DNA of 64,000 bases, taken from NCBI GenBank assembly GCA_040220235.1, contig JAVJTO010000047.1, one strand, 5' to 3'. The stretch is from Coleofasciculus sp. B1-GNL1-01 (GTDB taxonomy: Bacteria; Cyanobacteriota; Cyanobacteriia; Cyanobacteriales; Coleofasciculaceae). Positions 1 through 10,188 of the stretch are shown one piece after another. Each line of letters starts with the position of its first letter. Within the stretch, counting starts at the first letter, position 1. The position numbers and the translations under genes were made by a program. Under the pieces are notes generated by a model. The model did no database searches. It had not been told where the DNA came from and worked only from the letters and a program-made list of their open reading frames with translations.

Positions 1-217
1 GACGCACTTGTGTGGCGGTTGATTTAAAGATACTCTCCAAATCCAGAGATTCCCGAATTTTAGTCACCACAGCCAACAGCGCCTTTTGCTGGGCAACTTG
101 AGTCGGTTCTGGCATTCTTGCTGCTTCCAATTGCGCCACACGCGATCGCAGATAGGCTAATTCTGCTTGGAGTGACTCGTAGGTTTTGGCATTGAGAACG
201 ATATCCTGATCAGACAT
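1..217 (-). CDS. 5' part of a GAF-domain sensor protein (runs off window start)
   Basis: Manual translation from ATG at 217: MSDQDIVLNAKTYESLQAELAYLRSRVAQLE...QQKALLAVVTKIRESLDLESIFKSTATQVR. IRESLDLxxIF is the typical cyanobacterial GAF N-terminal motif. Confidence 0.75.
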   Translation of the reverse strand, partial: MSDQDIVLNAKTYESLQAELAYLRSRVAQLEAARMPEPTQVAQQKALLAVVTKIRESLDLESIFKSTATQVR

Positions 218-289
218 GATAGGGTTTTGGGTGCGGGGGAGATGGGGGAGATGAGGAAGAAAGAGGATAACTTTTTGAAAAACACCCTT

Positions 290-1042
290 TTATCCAAATT
301 TACCTTGTTCTTTTAGCGCTTGTCGAATTCTTAACTGAGCTTCCCGATCATTAGGATAACGGACAATTGCCTCTCGCCAGACGCTTAGGGCTTCATCCAA
401 TTGACCCTTTTGCCTCAACGCATCCCCTAAATACCAATACGCTTGCGGCTTTTTAATGTTAAGACGAATCGCTTCCCGATACTCTTCTATAGCCGCCTGC
501 CAGTTTTCTTGAATCATCAAGCTATTGGCTAGATTTAAACGTAAAATAGCCTTGTCAGGAGACTGTTGACTCAACGTCTGATACGACTCAATTAGCGTGT
601 CTAGTCGATTAATGTTTGATAGGATTAAACCGACGCTAAAAGGAATGTCTGTGTTTTGAGGATGGCGCTGGATCAACTCCTCAACAATAGGCATCGCTTG
701 ATCAGGTTTTCCTTGCTCAATCAAGGCTTGGGCTAACTTGACATACCCATCCACAGTTTTTGGCGATCGCGCGATCAGATCCTGGAAGACAGCTACAGCT
801 TCATCCCATTTATTTTGTGCCAGGAGTGTATTACCTAGCAGTAAGCGCACCATATCATTACTGCGTTGTCGGTGAATCACTTGGCGAAATACCGCTTCTG
901 CTTCTGGGTAATCCTGTTGCTGGTAAAGGGCGATCGCCTTTTGAAACAACGACGCGATCGCGATCGTCTTACCAATCAAAAAAATAACCGTTACTAAACC
1001 GACACTAACGACTGTAGCCGCTATCCAACTTAAATTAAACAC
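290..1042 (-). CDS. Membrane-anchored tetratricopeptide repeat protein
   Basis: N-terminal hydrophobic helix followed by several TPR-like units (LGNTLLAQNKWDEAVAVFQDLI, YLGDALRQKGQLDEALSVWREAI). Confidence 0.8.
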   Translation of the reverse strand: MFNLSWIAATVVSVGLVTVIFLIGKTIAIASLFQKAIALYQQQDYPEAEAVFRQVIHRQRSNDMVRLLLGNTLLAQNKWDEAVAVFQDLIARSPKTVDGYVKLAQALIEQGKPDQAMPIVEELIQRHPQNTDIPFSVGLILSNINRLDTLIESYQTLSQQSPDKAILRLNLANSLMIQENWQAAIEEYREAIRLNIKKPQAYWYLGDALRQKGQLDEALSVWREAIVRYPNDREAQLRIRQALKEQGKFG

Positions 1043-1293
1043 AGATTACCCAGATTGTAATTGTAATGACACAGACACAAAACTTACTATGGCATAACAC
1101 AGATTACCCAGATTGTAATCAAACCGACAGGAAACTAACGATTAAGTCACACAGATTGACATAGACAACTAAATAATCTCCTGACAATCAAATCATCGTC
1201 TGTTGATTGAGAATTAACCTCTCAGTGTAATCAGTGCAACTAACCTCTCACCTCCCACCCCAATCTCTCCCATTAATCTGTGTAATCAGTGTT

Positions 1294-2262
1294 TCAGGCT
1301 AATAAACATGCAGTAGGAAACATCAGATATTCCAAAAAGAACAGCTTCCAGATAAACTGATAAAAACTGGCGATCGCGACTTTATCCTGCAAATCTACAT
1401 TCTGACTACGCCACCAAACCAAAACTAAAGCCGCCAAGTGTGTTATCCCCAAGACAAGCGGGTTAACCACGTCAAACAGTAGCACTCCACCGAGAATCAT
1501 ACCCAAATAGCAGAGGGTAATAATCCATCGGGTGATGTTAAACACTGCTGGCTTACCCAGTCGAATCGTGAACGTGGTGATATTGTATAACTTATCTCCA
1601 TCAATATCTGGGACATCCTTAAAAATCGCGATCGCGACAGTAAACACCAAAACAAATAACGTCAGCCCCCACACTGCAGGCGTTGGCGTCATCGCTTCAC
1701 CCTGTTGCCACACCCAGCTAAAATGCAAGAATAGTCCTAAATTAACCACAGCACCTCGCACTGAGAAGATACAAAGTGCTGCCCAAAAGGGAAACCGCTT
1801 CAATCGAATCGGTGGTAAGGAATACGCCGTACCAATGGCTAAACTGACGCTAACCATGAGAAATAACCACCCTCCCAGTATCCGGGCTAACAGCAGCGCA
1901 CAGAGTCCAGTTACAGCAACAATCAGCTTAGCTTGTCTTCTGGAAAACTCTCCCGCCGCGATGGGAAGATGAGGCTTATTAATCTGGTCAATCTCCACAT
2001 CTTCGAGTTGATTGAGTCCCACAATGTAGATATTACCGCAACAGCAGGATATCCAAGTACCCAGGAGTTGAGTTAAATTTGAGAGTGCGATCGCACCGTC
2101 GGTAATCGCTAAGGCAATCACATACAATGCCAATACACTTAGAGTAGTACCGATGATCGTATGAGGACGAGAAAACTTCCACAAGGCATAAAACCAGTCT
2201 GTGGGTTGCTTAAGCGGGTTGAGAGGGGCAGAAGTCAAGGTTGATGGAGAAATTCGGCTCAT
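1294..2262 (-). CDS. hpt: Homogentisate phytyltransferase (tocopherol biosynthesis, UbiA family)
   Basis: FSRPHTIIGT, NQLEDVEIDQINKPHLP, KDVPDIDGD and FYQFIWKLFFLEY motifs of HPT/VTE2. Confidence 0.93.
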   Translation of the reverse strand: MSRISPSTLTSAPLNPLKQPTDWFYALWKFSRPHTIIGTTLSVLALYVIALAITDGAIALSNLTQLLGTWISCCCGNIYIVGLNQLEDVEIDQINKPHLPIAAGEFSRRQAKLIVAVTGLCALLLARILGGWLFLMVSVSLAIGTAYSLPPIRLKRFPFWAALCIFSVRGAVVNLGLFLHFSWVWQQGEAMTPTPAVWGLTLFVLVFTVAIAIFKDVPDIDGDKLYNITTFTIRLGKPAVFNITRWIITLCYLGMILGGVLLFDVVNPLVLGITHLAALVLVWWRSQNVDLQDKVAIASFYQFIWKLFFLEYLMFPTACLLA

Positions 2263-2438
2263 TCTGGAGTGTAATAGGCTTTCCCATTCGATTTTACTCT
2301 CTTGAGGGACATCGAAACATCAATCCACTCTCGTTTACTCTTTTCTTGATTCGGTAATTCACCACACAAAGGACGAATGACGTAGCTTGCTTATCAAGGA
2401 TAGCGAGTATGACAAATAACAAATAACCAAAGGCAACT

Positions 2439-3116
2439 ATGGCACGAGGCGATCTAATTTACGCTTATCGAGAATTGTTCAACCGACAAGGCGTCTACAA
2501 ACATTATGGGATTGACTGTGGCGACGGTACGGTTATCCACTACCGCAAACCCAGTGAAACCATTGAACGTACCTCTTTACCGACATTTGCTAGAGGTGGA
2601 AAAATCTATGTCAAAGAGTATCCCACTCATTTTATACCTGATGTAGTCGTTCGCCGCGCTGAAAGTCGTTTAGGTGAACGAAACTATAACCTACTATCCA
2701 ATAACTGTGAACACTTTGCTGTCTGGTGTAAAACTGGCGTCAGTGAAAGTCCGCAAATTCACAATTTTATTCCCATTATTACTCAGATGAATACTGAGAA
2801 CTTATACGAACCAATTAAACGAGCGCTGCAAGAGAAAGATCCGGACAAAGCTAATCGGTTATTAACCAAAGCCCTAGCCGATATTAAAGGAGTCTGGAAT
2901 ACGCTGCAACCACAATATAATCAAGATGTTCGGGAGATAAGCGCTTGGCAGAAAGTTGCCATTCAAGCGCTGAAACAAAATCGGGAAGACTTAGCGCGGG
3001 CGGCAATTATCCGCAAGAAAAACTATGAGAAACGGGCGCAGGAGAATAAAGAAAAGTTAGATCAGCTTGCTCAGATGACGGAAACCCTGATCCGCAATCG
3101 GCTGAATGTGAAATAG
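2439..3116 (+). CDS. LRAT/NC-domain (NlpC/P60 superfamily) protein with PspA-like coiled-coil tail
   Basis: HYGIDCGDGTVIHY and YNLLSNNCEHF catalytic motifs; C-terminal WQKVAIQALKQNREDLARAA. Confidence 0.85.
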   Translation: MARGDLIYAYRELFNRQGVYKHYGIDCGDGTVIHYRKPSETIERTSLPTFARGGKIYVKEYPTHFIPDVVVRRAESRLGERNYNLLSNNCEHFAVWCKTGVSESPQIHNFIPIITQMNTENLYEPIKRALQEKDPDKANRLLTKALADIKGVWNTLQPQYNQDVREISAWQKVAIQALKQNREDLARAAIIRKKNYEKRAQENKEKLDQLAQMTETLIRNRLNVK

Positions 3117-3277
3117 AACAGTCGCTGACTTCAGCCTTCAACTAAAGTTGGGGCTAAAAGCTCAAACCCGTTGAAACGGGTTCAAAGAGTTAATTCATTT
3201 CTTTCCAGGCTATGGAAGTCAGTGCCATTTATCTTAAGTTGACACCAATGCGGTAAAACTAGCCCCTACAGAAACGT

Positions 3278-3871
3278 TTACGCGATCGCACTCGATAGTT
3301 CTTGCCAGCGCTGATGCCATAATTGCTGCATCTTGTGCATAATCTCAGGTAAATCTCGAAAGTCCTGACTTTGCTGATTAATTTCTGGGGCTAATCCCTG
3401 AAGTCGGCTAAACTCTCGGCAACAGTGGAGTACCCGTTCCCAAGCGCCATACCAATCCTCTGCGGCTTGCTGATGGGCGCGAATGGGTTTCAGGCGTTCG
3501 TCTTCGTTTCTCAGGGATTCAGCCTGTTTTGCCCACGCCTGACGCCAAAGTTGCACGGCTTCCGGTTGGTCATGCTGATCATACCAGTCGCGTTCACGGC
3601 GGAGGATTTCGCCCAATTCATCAAGCTGGGAACGAGAGGTACAACGCCCAATCGCTGTTAATCCGGCGTCAATCCAAAGGGGCAAGTTGCGATAACTGAC
3701 AAAGATAGCACGGGATTCCACCAGCTTGACCCAGATTTGGTGTTGCCAGCATTCGATGCGATCGATTTGCTGGAGGGGAATGTTAAGAAATGTAGCGACT
3801 TGGTGGCGTACTTCATCCAGAGAAAATTGGCGAGGATCAATTATCCCAGCCGTGATCAAGTTCCGAGACAT
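3278..3871 (-). CDS. Hypothetical protein
   Basis: 197-aa ORF with upstream GGAG RBS; IECWQHQIWV...FVSYR motif; no function recognised. Confidence 0.65.
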   Translation of the reverse strand: MSRNLITAGIIDPRQFSLDEVRHQVATFLNIPLQQIDRIECWQHQIWVKLVESRAIFVSYRNLPLWIDAGLTAIGRCTSRSQLDELGEILRRERDWYDQHDQPEAVQLWRQAWAKQAESLRNEDERLKPIRAHQQAAEDWYGAWERVLHCCREFSRLQGLAPEINQQSQDFRDLPEIMHKMQQLWHQRWQELSSAIA

Positions 3872-4388
3872 GGTAAATCACTCCTGATTTGGGTATTTGC
3901 GGTAGCGTTGGCTTGATTTAGGACAGTTGATGCTGGATTTGTGGCGATATCGGCTGTTTTGCCGGAAAAACGCCCAAATCCTCAATCCTAAATCGATTGA
4001 CCCAAAATCTTAGCCACCCCGCACAAATTGCCATAAAAAGTCGGAGTGGCTAGAGGAGTGTTACTATTTCTTCTAGCTTCCAGACTGGTCTGTTCAGTTT
4101 GGGGGTTAGCTGCTCAGAGCTGCGCGAACAGCTTTGAGTGGCGCTAAGAGTTTTCGGTTTAATTTAGATTATCTTAGCAGGTTGAAGGATTCCTGCTCCA
4201 GAGTCAATGCTTTGTTACAAAAGTTTATTTATGCTGTGATACCCTTTGCTTCTGATGCGATATGGAAACCCGAGCTGCTTGGCTAAGGCTGGCTGGAGAA
4301 TCACCTGATTGGTAGTTTGTTTTTAGGGAATCTGTTAAGATTTTTTCAAGCAATGCCCCCTTTATAGATAAGGGAAGGAAGCGTCAAA

Positions 4389-5219
4389 ATGGAAGACAAA
4401 CAAGAAAATACCATCAGTATACAGTTACATGAACTATATGGTTTAACTAATGAACTAAAACCTATCCTTCCGTTTCTTTATCAGGAAGTACCCATAGCAG
4501 AACGTCGAAACGTTCTCATCGCCTATCAAAGAGTATTCGGATTTCCCGGAGTGACCCATAAAAAAATCGATGGCAGCCTACTATCCTGGGCTAATGGTGG
4601 TATTTTTAGTTATAGATTACGTGATGCGATTGTCAACTCTTTGCTAATTATTCTGCCTGTCATTGAACAAGAGAATCACTGTGAGGTACGAGAGCCAACA
4701 AACTATGAAATTGAGAAACTATCCATAGCTTATGAATCTCTGCTTGAGTTCGCAAAAGCTATAGCTGATAATAACCAGGAAGACTATCGAGAATGGGAGA
4801 TTTTTCACAAAAGTTATATAGATGATATGTATTGGGATATCTCCAGGTTAATTTCAAATATTTTAGAGGGATATAACTTAAAAGAAGCAGATGAAGCCCT
4901 GCTAAGATTTTTCCGAAACTTGGTTGGTTTTGCTCTGAAGCAGATAAAAACCAAGAAATTATTACCTATTCCCCAAGAAGTCTCTTATCGATTCACAAAT
5001 TTTTTATCAGTATGCTTGAAGCAACCCATAAAAATTGTAGTCCCAGAGCTTGATGATAGTGGGCAACTTAAACTTCTAGTCGAACAAGTACAACCTAGTT
5101 GGTTAAAACATTTGGGACGTACTCCCGAAGAACAATTAGAAAAAAATCAACCAGCAATGGCTTGGGCTAAAGCAAGAATGGAAGAGATTGAAAGCAAACG
5201 CAACAAACGTACTTCATAA
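4389..5219 (+). CDS. Hypothetical protein, possible antitoxin-like C-terminus
   Basis: 276-aa AT-rich ORF with purine-rich RBS, directly upstream of a PIN gene. Confidence 0.65.
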   Translation: MEDKQENTISIQLHELYGLTNELKPILPFLYQEVPIAERRNVLIAYQRVFGFPGVTHKKIDGSLLSWANGGIFSYRLRDAIVNSLLIILPVIEQENHCEVREPTNYEIEKLSIAYESLLEFAKAIADNNQEDYREWEIFHKSYIDDMYWDISRLISNILEGYNLKEADEALLRFFRNLVGFALKQIKTKKLLPIPQEVSYRFTNFLSVCLKQPIKIVVPELDDSGQLKLLVEQVQPSWLKHLGRTPEEQLEKNQPAMAWAKARMEEIESKRNKRTS

Positions 5220-5220
5220 C

Positions 5221-5697
5221 GTGATAGTTCTTTTAGACTCTGGAGTGCTAGGATTACTGGTTAATCCGATTCAGGATGTATCAGAAGCGGAAACGAATGA
5301 AATCTATCAATGTACAGAATGGCTGTATTCCCTACTGTCTAAATCCGTTTATGTAGTGGCTTCTGAAATTTCTGATTATGAAGTTAGGCGAGAGTTGATT
5401 CGGATAAAAAGTGAGGGTGTAAGACTTCTAGATAATCTACGAGATGTAATTGAGTTTCGTCCACTAACTAAAGAAGTAATGCAAAAGGCGGCAAAGTTTT
5501 GGGCTGAGGCACGTCAAAGCCATATACCTACAGCGGATGCTCAAAATATTGATGCAGATATGATTATTTCTGCTCAATGGAGTCTCTTGAGTCAAGAATT
5601 TCCCGGACGCACTGTTTTGATAGCGACAACCAATATTCGGCATCTGAGAATATTTGCTGAAGAAAAGGCGATGGAATGGAATAACATTATACTATAA
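5221..5697 (+). CDS. PIN-domain (VapC-like) nuclease
   Basis: LLDSGVLG, DYEVRREL, IDADMII and ATTNIRHL PIN motifs; GTG at 5221, just after the upstream stop, is preferred over TTG at 5188. Confidence 0.85.
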   Translation: MIVLLDSGVLGLLVNPIQDVSEAETNEIYQCTEWLYSLLSKSVYVVASEISDYEVRRELIRIKSEGVRLLDNLRDVIEFRPLTKEVMQKAAKFWAEARQSHIPTADAQNIDADMIISAQWSLLSQEFPGRTVLIATTNIRHLRIFAEEKAMEWNNIIL

Positions 5698-5893
5698 AAT
5701 ATTTAGCCAATTAAGTTAAGTCGTAGGTTAGGTTTAGGAACGAAACCCAACACCAAAACCTGGTAATCTTTGTTGGGTTTTACTACCTTGATCACTATTA
5801 TTTTCAGGAATATCAGCATTAGGTAACCTAAGTTGAATTAAGTTTGTAGTCAGTACCGCAGCGTTTATGGCGAAGACAGCGCAACTACGAACA

Positions 5894-6025
5894 TAAGTAG
5901 TCGGACAAAAGAAAACGGTACTGTATTAAGTGCAAGTAAACCGACCTCAAACCCTTACTGTTCCCTGTTCTCCGTTCCCTGTTCCCTAATCTCAACTGTT
6001 AACTTTAATTGTGTCCACCTACTTA
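5894..6025. mobile_element. MITE-like element
   Basis: Terminal inverted repeats TAAGTAGTCGGACA ... TGTCCACCTACTTA; a related left end occurs at about 50218. Confidence 0.55.
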
Positions 6026-6032
6026 GCTTATA

Positions 6033-6629
6033 TCAGCTATTACTGGAAATGCTCATCGTTGCTTTAGCGGCTAACTTGTGAGTGGCTTGATGGGACGCAA
6101 GTAACAGTAGATTAAATCCTTCGGGTTGTATGTCTTGTAGAGATAGGATTTGACAGGGTTGCAATTGTAAGTAAAGATCGGCTAATTCTCGTAAGGGAGG
6201 CTTTTCCATCTCTTTAGTGTAACGTTTGGCATTTTTGAGTCCTAACTCGATGACTAAAAGCTGGGTAGGAAGAGTGCTAACGGTGTAGTGATCACTAATT
6301 AAATGAATTCGTTTTTGTCCAGCCATTGATGCGACGAGTTCTAAACCTTTGATGGCGGCTAAAATTTCAGCCTCTGTTGAATTACTACAATTTTCTAGTG
6401 GATAGCTATAGTGTTGCCAATCAATGGAAAAATTTGCCTCAGATTGTTTCTCCTGCTGAGAGAGGCGTTTCAGGATAACCACTCCAGCCCCAGCACTATT
6501 CTGTGACGGTAGATAACTCCCATCGACAACTAACCAAATTTCCGGTTCAAATAATGCAAGTAATTTGATGCCTGTTCGTTCTTGAGGAGTAACAAAGTGT
6601 TCCTCCACTTTTAATTCCTCAGCATTCAT
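6033..6629 (-). CDS. RNase H-like domain protein
   Basis: VVDGS...AGAGVV, NSTEAEILAAIKGL and ISDH motifs of the RNase HI fold. Confidence 0.7.
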   Translation of the reverse strand: MNAEELKVEEHFVTPQERTGIKLLALFEPEIWLVVDGSYLPSQNSAGAGVVILKRLSQQEKQSEANFSIDWQHYSYPLENCSNSTEAEILAAIKGLELVASMAGQKRIHLISDHYTVSTLPTQLLVIELGLKNAKRYTKEMEKPPLRELADLYLQLQPCQILSLQDIQPEGFNLLLLASHQATHKLAAKATMSISSNS

Positions 6630-6639
6630 GAATGGTTAT

Positions 6640-6833
6640 TTAGTCACGAGAATTGAAAAAGGGCGGGTTTTGAAGCAACGTTATTATCAATAGCGCAATG
6701 AAAGCCCCTAAACCCGCCCCTACATGGGTAAACAATTAGTCACGACAATTAAAAAAGGGCGGGTTTTGAAGCAACGTTAATCAATAGCGTAATGAAAGTC
6801 CATAAACCCGCCCCTACATGGGTAAACAATTAG
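6640..6833. repeat. Tandem duplication (about 96 bp x2), each unit carrying a GGGCGGGTTT...AAACCCGCCCCTAC REP-like palindrome
   Basis: Units start with TTAGTCACGA at 6640 and 6736. Confidence 0.9.
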
Positions 6834-6839
6834 GAAAAA

Positions 6840-7547
6840 TTAATCCCGCCACAAGGCAATTCCGCCTAATAATCCGTTGATATTGGGGACAATTTTGACA
6901 TTGGGCGGTAACTCGAAGGTGATTTTTTTTGCTTCCCCACCCCCAATATAAAGATAGTCGTAATTAAATAAATGTTCTAGCGTCGCGATCGCCTTTTTTA
7001 AACGACTGTTCCATTTCTTCTCTCCCTTCTTCTCTAACGCCGCCCGCCCTAACTGTTTTTCGTAGGTGTCGCCTTTGCGAAAAGGGTGGTGCGCCATCTC
7101 TAAATTGGGGACGAGTTTACCATCGATAAATAAGGCTGAACCAAATCCTGTCCCCAAGGTAATCATCAATTCCACGCCTTTACCCTGAATCGTGGCTAAT
7201 CCCTGCATATCTGCATCATTCGCTACACGTACTGGCTTGTTTAAGGCTTGAGATAGGGTAGTGGCGAGATCGAATCCTTGCCAACTGGGATCTAAATTCG
7301 CGGCGGTTTTGACGACTCCAGCCATAACTACGCCCGGAAAACCCACAGATACGCGATCGCACTCTCCTTGGGCGGCGGCTAATTCTGCGATCGCCTCAAT
7401 TACAACATCTGGTGTAGCGGGTTGCGGTGTGGTGACTCGATGGCGTTCAGTTACCGGATTTCCCGCCTCATCTAACACGATCGCCTTAATTCCACTTCCA
7501 CCAATATCTACACTCAGGGTACGGATGGATTCATCTGCTTGCGCCAT
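6840..7547 (-). CDS. ppgK: Polyphosphate glucokinase (ROK family)
   Basis: VDIGGSGIK, VGFPGVV, NDADMQG, TLGTGFGSALF and NLEMAH motifs; ATG at 7547. Confidence 0.85.
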   Translation of the reverse strand: MAQADESIRTLSVDIGGSGIKAIVLDEAGNPVTERHRVTTPQPATPDVVIEAIAELAAAQGECDRVSVGFPGVVMAGVVKTAANLDPSWQGFDLATTLSQALNKPVRVANDADMQGLATIQGKGVELMITLGTGFGSALFIDGKLVPNLEMAHHPFRKGDTYEKQLGRAALEKKGEKKWNSRLKKAIATLEHLFNYDYLYIGGGEAKKITFELPPNVKIVPNINGLLGGIALWRD

Positions 7548-7597
7548 CGGATTTTGATCCTCCTGTTTCAAATAAAAAAAAAGGAAACCGCTACAAC

Positions 7598-7847
7598 ATT
7601 TTGAATGTGTAGGGGCGGGTTTAGGGACTAATTTTGATTCTTTTCCCTAGCTTAGCTGCCAAACCCGCCCTTTGTTTGAATTTTGAATGTGTAGAGGCGG
7701 GTTTAGGGACTAACTTTGATTGTTGTTCTCAGCTTAGCTGCCAAACCCGCCCTCCCCTCCGTTCATTCAAAAGCCACACTTGGGTTAGGGCGGGTTTAGT
7801 TACATCTGGATGAGGTAAGAAACGATAATAGTCAAACCCGCCCCTAC
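7598..7847. repeat. Cluster of three GTAG-type REP-like palindromes
   Basis: GTAG(G/A)GGCGGGTTT...AAACCCGCCC at 7609 and 7691 (82-bp tandem); inverted copy at 7787-7847. Confidence 0.85.
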
Positions 7848-7869
7848 ACACAATTTAGAACGGTTCAGA

Positions 7870-8769
7870 TTAGATAATTTTCGCCCTCGCCCGTTCTGAA
7901 CGTGCCTCAGCACTTTCCATCACATCTGCCATTTTATGCACCATTTCTCCGGGATAGTTTTCTAACACTTTTGTCGATAGAGAAACGCGATTCGTGCCTT
8001 CATCTAAGTCAATCACGATCGCTTTAATCGATTGACCCACCTCAAACATATCAGTCAATGATTCCACCATATTTTGGCTGACTTGCTTGATATGCAACAA
8101 GCCAGTAATCCCTTCTAATTCCACAAACACACCAAAAGGTCTGATATTGGAGACAGTACCTTCCACTAACTGTCCAACCTCTAGCATCGAGAAACTTGCA
8201 GCGCGAGTGGCTTCCCGTTGGGAAAAGACTAACTTGCTGCGATCGCGATCGGCTTCCAAGATGCTGACGGTTAAACTTTGACCAATCAACGACTCTAAGT
8301 TCCCCCGTTGATTCAGGTGCGATCGCGGAATAAATCCTCGCAATCCCTGCCAATCTACCGTCACACCGCCTTTATTCACGCCCGTCACCTGCACCTGTAG
8401 CGACTTGCCACTGTCTTGGATTTGTGCCAATTGATCCCAAATCTTATTGATTTCCAACTGACGCCGTGATAGAGTTATCTGACCTTCAGCATTCTGTTCC
8501 CGAATAATCAGAAACTCTAACTCTTCCTGCAAGGGCAGCACCTCTGACCAATCATCTACAGGGGCAACTGACACTTCCCGTCCTGGAACATACGCCAGGG
8601 ATTTCCCGCCAATATCGACATAAACGCCTTCCATTTCATAGCTATGTACTTTGCCTCGCACCACCTGCCCTTGACTAAATTCATAGTCATACTCTTCTAG
8701 GGCTTTGGCAAAATCTTCCATGGAAAAGGCAGTTTTGCTGGTTTGAGAACGGGTTGATTCTGAAGTCAT
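7870..8769 (-). CDS. rps1b: S1 RNA-binding protein (cyanobacterial ribosomal S1 paralog)
   Basis: Three S1 domains (VYVDIGGKS, GLRGFIPRSHL, GITGLLHIKQVS, RVSLSTKVLE). Confidence 0.8.
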   Translation of the reverse strand: MTSESTRSQTSKTAFSMEDFAKALEEYDYEFSQGQVVRGKVHSYEMEGVYVDIGGKSLAYVPGREVSVAPVDDWSEVLPLQEELEFLIIREQNAEGQITLSRRQLEINKIWDQLAQIQDSGKSLQVQVTGVNKGGVTVDWQGLRGFIPRSHLNQRGNLESLIGQSLTVSILEADRDRSKLVFSQREATRAASFSMLEVGQLVEGTVSNIRPFGVFVELEGITGLLHIKQVSQNMVESLTDMFEVGQSIKAIVIDLDEGTNRVSLSTKVLENYPGEMVHKMADVMESAEARSERARAKII

Positions 8770-8852
8770 GAGTATTAAGTGTTGAAAAAAATCGATTTGC
8801 CATGTCATTTGTCATTTGGGGTTAGTGATGACAAATAACGGATGATGAATAA

Positions 8853-9593
8853 CTACAATTCCTGCTGAAATAACGTCTTCACTTTTTCCCAAGCATCTTT
8901 TGCTGCTTGGGGGTTATAGCTGGCACGTTGATCGCAGAAAAATCCGTGATCAGCGCCCTCATAGCGAAAGATCTGGTGGGAAATTTGCTGCTTTTTCAGT
9001 TCAGCTTCAATCTGGTTAACTTGTTCAGCCGGGATGCTAGCATCGTCTAAGCCAAAGAAGAGATGGATGGTTCCCGTAATATCCTGAGTGCGGGTAATCG
9101 TGGGTTCATCTCCTCCTGGCGTCATCGTGGCAATTCCTGCACCATAGAAGGAGGCTGTGGCTTTGATGTCGGGTAAGGTTGCCGCTAAATAGGCGACATG
9201 ACCGCCAAAACAGAAGCCGATACAGCCGATCGCATTCGATTGAACTGGGGTTTGCCCCCTTAAGTAGTCAATCGCCCCTTGAATATCACCCAGCAGTTCT
9301 TCCGCCTTGGTTTGTGCCTTATACTCCTTGCCGATTTTCAGGTCAGCTTCGGTGTATCCCGTTTCAAAACCGGGGGCTTGGCGTTGATAGAGGGCGGGTG
9401 CGATCGCGACGTATCCCTCTTTGGCAATCCGCTGAGTCACATCTCGGATATGGTCATTCACGCCAAAAATTTCCTGCAACACGACCACCCCTGGTAAAGA
9501 CTCCTCTCCCACGGGCATCGCTAAGTAAGCGTCAATTTGTAGAGAGCCGTTTGTAATCTTAACCCAATCGCTTTTGATTTCTCTAGCCGTCAT
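8853..9593 (-). CDS. Dienelactone hydrolase family protein
   Basis: QEIFGVN, GFCFGG nucleophile and HGFFCDQR motifs. Confidence 0.92.
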   Translation of the reverse strand: MTAREIKSDWVKITNGSLQIDAYLAMPVGEESLPGVVVLQEIFGVNDHIRDVTQRIAKEGYVAIAPALYQRQAPGFETGYTEADLKIGKEYKAQTKAEELLGDIQGAIDYLRGQTPVQSNAIGCIGFCFGGHVAYLAATLPDIKATASFYGAGIATMTPGGDEPTITRTQDITGTIHLFFGLDDASIPAEQVNQIEAELKKQQISHQIFRYEGADHGFFCDQRASYNPQAAKDAWEKVKTLFQQEL

Positions 9594-10188
9594 AATTCAG
9601 GTTCACGCTGTTGTTCGTCGATCTATCGCAGTCCTCGCTGCTATAGCTTTTGACCTTCTGGTCAACGGTCAAACTTCTGCTTAATTTTAACGCTCATGTC
9701 CCCCCAATTCAGCAAATTATTTACGGATTATTATAATTCTATTGGTTCAGTTATTATTTTTCAAGAATTTATTGTCTATTTCTGGGGGTGAGCCACCCTC
9801 TAATGATTTGGACAAACCTGAATGGAATTTTAGTTATCAATCTGCTGATTTAAACAAATAAAAAGTCTGTTGCACTTTGTAATCTGATCAAACTAGACTA
9901 TTTAATGAATACATACCATTAAGCTAACAGATTACCTGTTTTGTTTTGGCTCAGAAGCGGCTATTTAAATGAAATGCACAATCGCTGAGTCAAGAGGCTA
10001 TTCTGGTATAAACCGCCAAATGATACATCAGATTAAGAAAATCCCACTTGTTTTAAAGTTTAGTTATGATACATGCTTAGAAGAAATGCCTAGGTCAGGA
10101 CTAGAGGGTCAGCCACCCACCATCCGATCTTCAACTGTACGTTATACTCTTGTGTCTATTGAAGAGCAAGTGCTTAGGAGACTTTATA

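Noticed and set aside
1038..1166. 24-bp direct repeat AACACAGATTACCCAGATTGTAAT (1038, 1096) with a 34-bp gap and a degenerate third copy, CRISPR-like in dimensions
   Set aside because: Only two good copies, irregular third spacing, overlap with a start codon, an inverted relative at about 1274-1293 and no cas genes; better explained as a simple ACACAGAT-type repeat
6640..7847. REP-like units with variable interiors as mini-CRISPRs
   Set aside because: The arms are inverted rather than direct repeats, and interiors of neighbouring copies are homologous
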